DNA of 47,566 nt from an uncultured Gammaproteobacteria bacterium (GTDB taxonomy: Bacteria > Patescibacteriota > Patescibacteriia > Patescibacteriales > UBA12465), in contig CAZILW010000004.1 of the NCBI GenBank assembly GCA_964540285.1, positions 1-47,566 on the forward strand, written 5' to 3'. Position numbers and translations under genes: made by a program. Positions 8,730-15,661 of the stretch are shown here, piece after piece. Under the pieces are notes generated by a model. That model was not told the origin of the DNA. It did no database searches and saw only the letters and a program-made list of their open reading frames with translations. Position 1 is the first letter of the stretch; each line of letters opens with the position of its first letter.

Positions 8730-9284
8730 ATGTATATGGAAAATAATAAGATTTATACAATTAATGAAATTTTGCAAAAAGCCCAAGATTCTTTTATCTC
8801 AGATTCTGTCAGTTTTTTAAAAAACAGGGATTTTAAAAAAATTAGAGAAGAGGCTATTTATGTTGCTCTTTTTCTAAAAGGACAGCAAAAATATTATTCA
8901 AAAAAATATAAAATAAAATTAAGCGAGAACCCGGACTGCATTGCTATAGATAAAAACAATGAAAAGAATAATATAGGATTTGAGGTGATGGTTATTAATG
9001 AGTATAATTTAGATAATAATGAAATTGGGTTTAGTGTAGCTGATTTTATTTTTAAGAAAAAAGGGCTAAATAATTATGGTAATAATTGTTATTTATTAAT
9101 TCCAATTCTTAAAGAAGGGCAAATTGATATTGACTTAACTGATTTGAAACAAAGTATAATAAAACATAAAATGAAAGGCAGTTTTAATTATAAAGATATA
9201 TTTATTATTTTTTGGAGATCTAAAGGACAACTTCAATGTATTAGTTTATTCAAGGACTTTAATGATTTAAATTATAAAATTTAA
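8730..9284 (+). CDS. Hypothetical protein, possible PD-(D/E)xK-like nuclease fold
   Basis: 184-aa ORF; REE...ENPDCIA...IGFEVM resembles an E...PD...ExK-type active-site arrangement (inference). Confidence 0.7.
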   Translation: MYMENNKIYTINEILQKAQDSFISDSVSFLKNRDFKKIREEAIYVALFLKGQQKYYSKKYKIKLSENPDCIAIDKNNEKNNIGFEVMVINEYNLDNNEIGFSVADFIFKKKGLNNYGNNCYLLIPILKEGQIDIDLTDLKQSIIKHKMKGSFNYKDIFIIFWRSKGQLQCISLFKDFNDLNYKI

Positions 9285-9290
9285 TTGTTT

Positions 9291-9323
9291 TAGTTAGAAC
9301 ATTGTCCACTAACGACCCTGAGC
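9291..9323 (+). repeat. Degenerate att-like junction related to the tRNA-Gln 3' end
   Basis: TAGTTAGAACATTGTCCACTAACGACCCTGAGC aligns with TAGTTCGAACATCGTCCGCGACCCCGAGC at 10185-10213. Confidence 0.7.
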
Positions 9324-9325
9324 AC

Positions 9326-9360
9326 TTGACAAAAAAGTATACTTATAGTATACTTTTTTG
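9326..9360 (+). promoter_or_regulatory. Near-consensus sigma70 promoter overlapped by a perfect 14-bp inverted repeat
   Basis: TTGACA (9326-9331), 17 nt, TATACT (9349-9354); inverted repeat CAAAAAAGTATACT-TAT-AGTATACTTTTTTG (9330-9360). Confidence 0.75.
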
Positions 9361-9401
9361 ATAGTTAAAATTATTGTCGAACCTTAAAAACCTGATATAT
9401 T

Positions 9402-10109
9402 ATGAATAATTTGGACGAAATATTGTATAATTTGGGTCTAGAACAAAAACGGGCAGATGAATTAACCCTCTCGGAAAAGAAAAATATTTTTCAAATGGCA
9501 ATAGATTTTTGTTATGCTTGCCACTTAGAAGATATTGTCGATTTAGTTCCTTTAATAATTCGTAACAACGAACTAAAAAAAGGATTAAAAAGAGCAAGGG
9601 AAAAAGCACCGCATTGCCTTGATTGGCACTTTACAATTGCAAAATTATTCACTGAGCCGCAACGTAGCAAAGAGATGATGTGCATATATAAAAATTCAGT
9701 TCCATATGGGGACCAAGTTGGCTATAGCGCTCTTTATTACAAATTGAAATTTATTGATGAGGTCTCGGAGCCTAATCGCACCGATGAATTAGAAAAATTG
9801 TTGACCGATTTAATAAGAGATTATTGCTCAAAGGTTGACTATTGGGAGGCTGATCCTGAGTGGGATGGAATTTTTCCGCAAAATGGTTGTGAAAAGATTA
9901 TTAACGCTATAGATGCCGAAAAAAGATTAGAAAGTATTAAAAGAATTACTGATAATTTTTTTATCAACGATCTTTTAGATGAGGCGGATAAAGCGGCAAA
10001 TTTTCTTCCTGATTCGGAAAAAAAATGCATGGCGCTAAAGATAAGAGTCAGGAGACCTTTTGTGAAAAGATTTAGATTGCACTACGTAGCAAGAATGATT
10101 GGTTGTTAA
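9402..10109 (+). CDS. Hypothetical (orphan-like) protein
   Basis: 235-aa ORF with its own promoter and downstream hairpin; no recognisable motif. Confidence 0.75.
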   Translation: MNNLDEILYNLGLEQKRADELTLSEKKNIFQMAIDFCYACHLEDIVDLVPLIIRNNELKKGLKRAREKAPHCLDWHFTIAKLFTEPQRSKEMMCIYKNSVPYGDQVGYSALYYKLKFIDEVSEPNRTDELEKLLTDLIRDYCSKVDYWEADPEWDGIFPQNGCEKIINAIDAEKRLESIKRITDNFFINDLLDEADKAANFLPDSEKKCMALKIRVRRPFVKRFRLHYVARMIGC

Positions 10110-10130
10110 AATCATTTTCCAATGTATTTT

Positions 10131-10170
10131 AAAGGCACGCCCGATTAATCGGAAGCGGCCTTTTTTATTT
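10131..10170 (+). terminator. Probable intrinsic terminator
   Basis: AAAGGC-ACGC-CCGAT-TA-ATCGG-AAGCG-GCCTTT followed by a T tract. Confidence 0.55.
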
Positions 10171-10184
10171 ACTTAAAATAATTC

Positions 10185-10213
10185 TAGTTCGAACATCGTC
10201 CGCGACCCCGAGC
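10185..10213 (+). repeat. att-like junction sharing GTTCGAA and CCCCGAGC with the tRNA-Gln 3' end
   Basis: GTTCGAA-12nt-CCCCGAGC here versus GTTCGAA-7nt-CCCCGAGC in the tRNA. Confidence 0.7.
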
Positions 10214-10450
10214 GAAGAAAAAAATACAGCTTATGCTGTATTTTTTGATGAGCGAAGGGGAAGCGAAGTGCCTGCGCACTTCGCGTCAGGGATGAGAAAG
10301 CCGGAGCCATGTGCACGAAGTGCACGGGCGAGGCCAGGCCAGAGCGCTTAGTGAGCGACGAGCAAAGCCACGTGCGAACAAAGTGAGCTATACGTGGCGT
10401 AGTGAGAAGCGAGACTTAGCGACGCGTGGCCGAATCCCTGTCCCCGAGCA
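10206..10450 (+). repeat. tRNA-linked GC-rich multi-hairpin element, copy 2, with a nested 32-nt hairpin
   Basis: Matches copy 1 except at 10364-10405, which carries GCCACGTGCGAACAAAGTGAGCTATACGTGGC. Ends with the tRNA 3'-end copy at 10431-10449. Confidence 0.92.
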
Positions 10451-10451
10451 G

Positions 10452-10493
10452 TGATCTGTACCCCAAAAAGTAGACAAACTTTGTCTACTTTTT
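10452..10493 (+). mobile_element. Possible solitary IS3-family terminal inverted repeat remnant merged with a terminator hairpin
   Basis: TGATCTGTACCCCAAAAAGTAGACA resembles IS3/IS150-group ends (from memory). Hairpin AAAAAGTAGACAAA-C-TTTGTCTACTTTTT. No transposase present. Confidence 0.4.
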
Positions 10494-10613
10494 TTTGTAT
10501 TTAAAATAAAGCATAATAAAATAGACAAAACACCATTTTTTATGTTATTTTTATATATAAACAATTAATATAGTCTATTAAAACATTTATTTAAAACTAT
10601 TTATTTTAAAAAT

Positions 10614-10913
10614 ATGAAAAATAAAATTAAAAATATTACAATTTTGTTTGATGATTACTCAAGCTCTAATTTCTTGTTTGAAGAAACAAAAAAAGCAGTA
10701 AAAGAGCTTAAGCTTTCATTTCCAATTGAACAAGTTAATGATAGGAAAAAAATGAGCAAACTAGGGTTAAACTCAGGGCCAGCCCTGCTTATTAATGAAA
10801 TCCCAGTTCTAGTTGGTGATTTTTATAAAAAAGAAGATATTAAAAGCGCTTTAGGTTTTTTTATGAAAGAAAAATCATGTGGCGGATCTTGTCATTCTTG
10901 TAGCCATTGCTAA
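10614..10913 (+). CDS. MTH895-like thioredoxin-fold protein lacking the canonical CxxC, with a Cys/His-rich tail
   Basis: EETKKAVKEL...IEQVND...GPALLINE matches the small redox-disulfide family pattern; ends in SCGGSCHSCSHC. Confidence 0.7.
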   Translation: MKNKIKNITILFDDYSSSNFLFEETKKAVKELKLSFPIEQVNDRKKMSKLGLNSGPALLINEIPVLVGDFYKKEDIKSALGFFMKEKSCGGSCHSCSHC

Positions 10914-10929
10914 TTGATCTTATTTTCTG

Positions 10930-10958
10930 TTGACATAAAGCTTAACTTTATTTATAAT
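10930..10958 (+). promoter_or_regulatory. Perfect sigma70 consensus promoter
   Basis: TTGACA-17nt-TATAAT, followed by AAAGGAG (SD) at 10981-10987. Confidence 0.8.
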
Positions 10959-10995
10959 TATTAGTTGTTTAACAATTTAAAAAGGAGATTTTGTT

Positions 10996-11442
10996 ATGAA
11001 AATACTAGAGTGGTCCCGTCGTTATAATGGCTTGGGAGCCGATGAATACCCGGAGTTATTTGAAGTTAAAGCCGACTGTTTATCTTCGGCCATTGAAATT
11101 GCCTCTGATTTTCCGATTGGAAGAAAAAAGAGTTTAAGCGAAAATTATAGTGCAGCTTTTGAAAAAGGAAAAACTTTTAAGCCAGAAAATGGTGTTATCT
11201 CAAACACGTCTACTCAAACAGCTGCTTTCATTTTAATTTCTGAGAAGGAAACAGTTGGCGGTAGAAAAAGAAGGGAGGCTATTTTTCTTTTAAGAAAAAA
11301 AGAAAATGAGACGTGGATTGTTCAATGCATTAAAACCGTCTCCAACAATTCTTTAGGATCTTTTCAGTTATCCCTTAAAACTATTGGAAAAAACAGTATT
11401 TTCTATGTCTACTCTAATAATTTAACAGAGTTTTCATTTTAA
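10996..11442 (+). CDS. Hypothetical (orphan-like) protein
   Basis: 148-aa ORF with its own promoter, SD and downstream hairpin (AATCCCGC...GTGGGATT plus T tract, 11449-11479). Confidence 0.75.
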   Translation: MKILEWSRRYNGLGADEYPELFEVKADCLSSAIEIASDFPIGRKKSLSENYSAAFEKGKTFKPENGVISNTSTQTAAFILISEKETVGGRKRREAIFLLRKKENETWIVQCIKTVSNNSLGSFQLSLKTIGKNSIFYVYSNNLTEFSF

Positions 11443-11575
11443 ATTATTAATCCCGCTTAAAATGTGGGATTTTTATTTTGGTTTTCTTTTTATTTTTAAA
11501 TATACTACAATAATATTGAAAATACTTTTAGAATAATTCTTATTACTTCATTTCTAGAAATTAGATGTAGTTTTT

Positions 11576-13336
11576 ATGTCAATATTGTTACAAATTAAAG
11601 GTCTAAAAAAAGAATATAGCGGACAAACAATTTTTTCCGACCTGTCTTTTACAGTTTCAGAGAAGCAAAAATTAGGGCTTGTTGGTATAAATGGCGCTGG
11701 CAAATCCACTCTTTTTCGTATTATTGTTGGCGAAGAGTTGGCTGATGGTGGTAGTATTATAATAAATGATAAGGCTAATATTTCTTATTTAAAACAATCA
11801 AGTGATTATTTGCAATCTGAGTCTGGTCTGGAGTATCTTATGAGGCAATCATCTTGTTATGATTGGCAGGCTAAAAAAATAGCCAGCAAATTTGAAATAG
11901 ATGATAAGAAGCTTTCTGACTTAGCCAGTAGCTTGTCTGGTGGTTGGAGTATTCGCTTGCGTCTTTGTGCAATATTATTAAAAGACCCAAACCTTCTTTT
12001 GCTTGATGAGCCAAGTAATTATCTTGATTTAAACACTTTAATTCTTTTAGAAAATTATTTAAATTCTTATAAAGGAAGTTTTTTAATTATTTCTCATGAT
12101 AAACAATTTTTAAAAAATGTTTGCAAGGAAACAATAGAAATTTCTAAAAATTATTGTTATCATTATCCTGGGGACATAGAAAATTATCTTGTTTTTAAAA
12201 AACAGAAATTAGCCACTCTTATTAAAGAAAATAAGAATTTAGAAAAACAACAAGAGCATTGGCAAAAGTTTGTTGATAGATTTCGTTATAAAGACTCAAA
12301 AGCCAGGCAAGCTCAATCTCTTATTAAAAAAATTGCCAAAACCGAAGAAAAGAAAAATAAGATTAATGAAACAGTTGTTATAAATAAAATAAGAATAAAG
12401 CCAATTACTGGGAAAAGAAGTTTCTCGTTAAGGGCTGATAATCTTGCTATTGGTTATGGCGATAAAGTGGTAGTTTCTGATATAGACTTTATTTCCCGTT
12501 TTGGAGAAAAATTAGCTGTTTTGGGTTTAAATGGTCAAGGAAAAACCACTCTGCTAAAAACTTTAGCTGGAAAACTTAAAGTGGTCAGCGGAAATTATTC
12601 TTTTGCCAAAGATGTTTCCATAGCTTATCATGGACAAGAAGAGATAGATTTGATGAACGGAGAAGAGCAAGCTGGTGATTTTTTACGTCGTTTAGCATCG
12701 CCCGATGTTAGTACTGAAAATATTTTAAAAATGGCCGGAGATTTTTTGTTTAGGGATGAAGAGTTAAAAAAACCAATTTCTGTTTTATCTGGAGGAGAAA
12801 AATCTAGACTGCTTTTGGCTGGGTTGCTTTTATCAAGTCCTAATGTTTTAATTTTAGATGAACCAACTTGCCATCTAGACTTTGATACCAGTGAAGCTTT
12901 GGCTCAAGCTTTGAGAGATTGGAATGGATTTGTTTTATTTGCTAGTCATGATAGATTTTTTTCTAGCTCGGTTTCAACTGGAATAATAGAAATACAAAAT
13001 GGTAAAGCTAAGCGCCTTCATGAAGATTACGATGATTACGTTAAAAGATTGGAAAAATATTTATCTAACAAAGTTAAAGAAGAAAAAAATATTGATTTTG
13101 TATCTGATAAGAAAAAAGAGTATTTAGATGCTAAAATTAGAAAAAAAGAAATTGTTTCTTTGGAGAAAAAAATATTAAAAATGGAAAAAGAAAAAAAAGA
13201 TTTATTAGATTATTTTTTAATAAATCACAATAATTATGATTTTGATAAAATCAAAAAATTAGAAGAATTAGAAATTAATCTTAAAAAAAGCGAGGATCTT
13301 TGGTTTTTATTGCAGAAAGAACAAGAAAAACTTTAA
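11576..13336 (+). CDS. ABC-F family ATP-binding protein
   Basis: Two nucleotide-binding domains (GINGAGKS/LSGG/LDEPSN and GLNGQGKT/LSGGE/LDEPT), no TM segments, C-terminal coiled coil. Confidence 0.92.
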   Translation: MSILLQIKGLKKEYSGQTIFSDLSFTVSEKQKLGLVGINGAGKSTLFRIIVGEELADGGSIIINDKANISYLKQSSDYLQSESGLEYLMRQSSCYDWQAKKIASKFEIDDKKLSDLASSLSGGWSIRLRLCAILLKDPNLLLLDEPSNYLDLNTLILLENYLNSYKGSFLIISHDKQFLKNVCKETIEISKNYCYHYPGDIENYLVFKKQKLATLIKENKNLEKQQEHWQKFVDRFRYKDSKARQAQSLIKKIAKTEEKKNKINETVVINKIRIKPITGKRSFSLRADNLAIGYGDKVVVSDIDFISRFGEKLAVLGLNGQGKTTLLKTLAGKLKVVSGNYSFAKDVSIAYHGQEEIDLMNGEEQAGDFLRRLASPDVSTENILKMAGDFLFRDEELKKPISVLSGGEKSRLLLAGLLLSSPNVLILDEPTCHLDFDTSEALAQALRDWNGFVLFASHDRFFSSSVSTGIIEIQNGKAKRLHEDYDDYVKRLEKYLSNKVKEEKNIDFVSDKKKEYLDAKIRKKEIVSLEKKILKMEKEKKDLLDYFLINHNNYDFDKIKKLEELEINLKKSEDLWFLLQKEQEKL

Positions 13337-13365
13337 TAAATTTAATGCTGTAATTGTTTAAAAAT

Positions 13366-15129
13366 ATGAATAACAATGAAAAAAAAGAAAAAAATAAAGT
13401 GTTTATAAAATTTTTTAATTTAATAAAGCCATATAAAAAACAGGTGCTTTATTTATTTTTTTTAATAATTTTTTTAGAAATTTTTCGTTTGCTTGGGCCC
13501 TATATATTAAAATTAATTATTGATGAACTTTTAATTTTTTCTTTAGACAAGCTTAATTATTTTTTTCTGCTAATTCTTGCTTTTTTTCTTTCTTTGGTAA
13601 TTATTTCAATAGTAGATTATTTTAAGGACAAAAAAATATTTAATGTTATTTTAAGAGCGGAATATGATTTGCCAATAAAATGTCAGAAAAAATTATTAGA
13701 ACTAGACTTGTCTTATCATCAAGCAGAAGGAACTGGTGACAAGGTAACTAAAATAGAAAGGGGTGTTTGGAAGTTTTTAGATTTACTTGGAACTATATTT
13801 TGGGAGCTACTCCCAGTGGCTTTTCAATTAATTTCAACTTCTGTTATTTTATTATTTGTTGACTATCGTTTCTTTTTTCCTTTGTTGTTTTTTTCTGTAG
13901 TTTTAACCATTCTCAATGTTAAGGTTAACAAAAAGGTCTATCCTAACAGAAAAAAACGTTATAAAAATTATGAAAAAGCTTCTGGGAAGATGGTGCAATC
14001 AATAATAAACATTGGAACCGTTCAGTCTTTTGGTCAACAAAAAAGAGAGCTTAATGATTTCAGCTCTCTAAAAAAGGATATTTTAGATGATGAATCTAGG
14101 GAGTGGTCATATATTTTAAAGTTTTCTAGCCTGAGGGAGATTATTGTTGGTTTGGGTAGAATTACTTTTTTAACTCTAGGTATTGTTTTGGTGGCTAAAA
14201 ATCAGATTAGTATTGGTACTTTAGTTTTTGTTATAACCTTATCAGAGAAAGTTTTTTCATCTATTTCCCGAGCTTATCGACTTTATGATCGTTTTGCCGA
14301 AGGGTCTGAGGGTATAAATCGCCTATCCAACCTTTTAAAGACAAAAAGTACTATTGAAAATAAAGGAAGGATTAGATTAAAGAAAACAGAAGGAGAAATT
14401 AAATTTGAAAATGTTAATTTTGTCTATGAAAATGGTGATAAGGTTTTAAATGATTTTAATTTACACATTCCTTCTGGTGCTATGACGGCTTTAATTGGGC
14501 CTTCTGGTGGAGGAAAGACTACCATTGTTAGGCTTGTTTTTAGACATTTTGACCCAGCCTCAGGAAGGGTTCTTTTAGATGGCTATAATTTAAAAGATTT
14601 GGAATTGTTTAGCTTTAGAAAATTTTTTTCTATAGTTCCACAAGAAGTTGATATTTTTAATTCAACAATTGCTGAAAATATTTCCTATGCTAAAAGAGAT
14701 GCTAGTTTTAAAGAAATTGAGGCAGCAGCTAAAATAGCTAATGCGTCTGAATTTATAGAGAAGCTTCCTAAAAAATATGAAACCATTGTTGGGGAAAGAG
14801 GTGTCAAGCTTTCCGGCGGTCAAAGACAGAGAATTGGCATAGCTCGGGCAATTTTGGCTGACCCCAAGGTTTTGGTTTTTGATGAGGCTACCAGCAATCT
14901 TGATGTTGAGAGTGAAAAATTAATACAAGAAGCAATCTCTAAAATTGCTAAAGATAAAACAATCGTGGTAATTGCTCATCGTTTAAGTACTATTAAAATG
15001 GCTGATAAAATAGTTGTTGTTGAGGGTGGAAAGGTGGTTGAAGAGGGAATGCATCTACAATTAGTTAATAAAAAAGATGGATTATACCGAAAATTAATAA
15101 ATTTACAATCTTTAGGTGAGATTTCTTAA
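13366..15129 (+). CDS. ABC exporter, fused permease/ATPase (MsbA/Sav1866-like)
   Basis: N-terminal TM domain, GPSGGGKT, LSGGQRQR, DEATSNLD and IAHRLST. Alternative TTG start at 13354. Confidence 0.92.
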   Translation: MNNNEKKEKNKVFIKFFNLIKPYKKQVLYLFFLIIFLEIFRLLGPYILKLIIDELLIFSLDKLNYFFLLILAFFLSLVIISIVDYFKDKKIFNVILRAEYDLPIKCQKKLLELDLSYHQAEGTGDKVTKIERGVWKFLDLLGTIFWELLPVAFQLISTSVILLFVDYRFFFPLLFFSVVLTILNVKVNKKVYPNRKKRYKNYEKASGKMVQSIINIGTVQSFGQQKRELNDFSSLKKDILDDESREWSYILKFSSLREIIVGLGRITFLTLGIVLVAKNQISIGTLVFVITLSEKVFSSISRAYRLYDRFAEGSEGINRLSNLLKTKSTIENKGRIRLKKTEGEIKFENVNFVYENGDKVLNDFNLHIPSGAMTALIGPSGGGKTTIVRLVFRHFDPASGRVLLDGYNLKDLELFSFRKFFSIVPQEVDIFNSTIAENISYAKRDASFKEIEAAAKIANASEFIEKLPKKYETIVGERGVKLSGGQRQRIGIARAILADPKVLVFDEATSNLDVESEKLIQEAISKIAKDKTIVVIAHRLSTIKMADKIVVVEGGKVVEEGMHLQLVNKKDGLYRKLINLQSLGEIS

Positions 15130-15141
15130 ACTTTAAAATAT

Positions 15142-15585
15142 ATGAAAAATTTAAATCCTTATAAAATTAGACAATTAAAATTAAGTGATTTAAGCGGTGA
15201 GTCTTTTTTTGAAACTCTTTCTAGTTTAAAGCCAGTTAAAAATTTATCAAAATCTTTGGCTAAAAAAATATTTCTTGATTGTCAAAAAAGAGGAACAAAA
15301 ACTTTTGTGGCTGAGGTTGATGGATTAATTGCTGGAACTGTCAGGGTTTTATATGAATCTAAGTTTTACCATCAAGGAAAATTAGCGGCTCATATTGAGG
15401 ATGTCGCCACTCATAAAAATTATATGGGAAAGGGTGTGGCTGGATTTTTGATTAAAAATATTATTGAAGATTGTAAAAAAAATAATTGCTATAAAATTAT
15501 ATTAGATTGTTCAGACGACTTGCTTAATTTTTATGCTAAATTTGGTTTTGAAAAAAAAGAAAATTGCATGAGAATTGACTTGTAA
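15142..15585 (+). CDS. GNAT acetyltransferase, glucosamine-6-phosphate N-acetyltransferase (GNA1)-like
   Basis: KFYH-x-G...HIEDVAT...GKGVA...CYKIILDCS...FYAKFGF. Confidence 0.8.
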   Translation: MKNLNPYKIRQLKLSDLSGESFFETLSSLKPVKNLSKSLAKKIFLDCQKRGTKTFVAEVDGLIAGTVRVLYESKFYHQGKLAAHIEDVATHKNYMGKGVAGFLIKNIIEDCKKNNCYKIILDCSDDLLNFYAKFGFEKKENCMRIDL

Positions 15586-15661
15586 TTTATTTTAAAACTG
15601 GAAAAAATAAATTATTATTGCTATACTTATTAGACATTAAAGTTTAAATTATTTAAAACAT

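Noticed and set aside
8434-10450. CRISPR array interpretation of the repeats
   Set aside because: The repeats derive from the tRNA 3' end, are separated by about 180-900 nt, and no cas genes are present.
8452-11500. Prophage or classical integrative element
   Set aside because: No integrase, transposase, replication or structural genes are recognisable.
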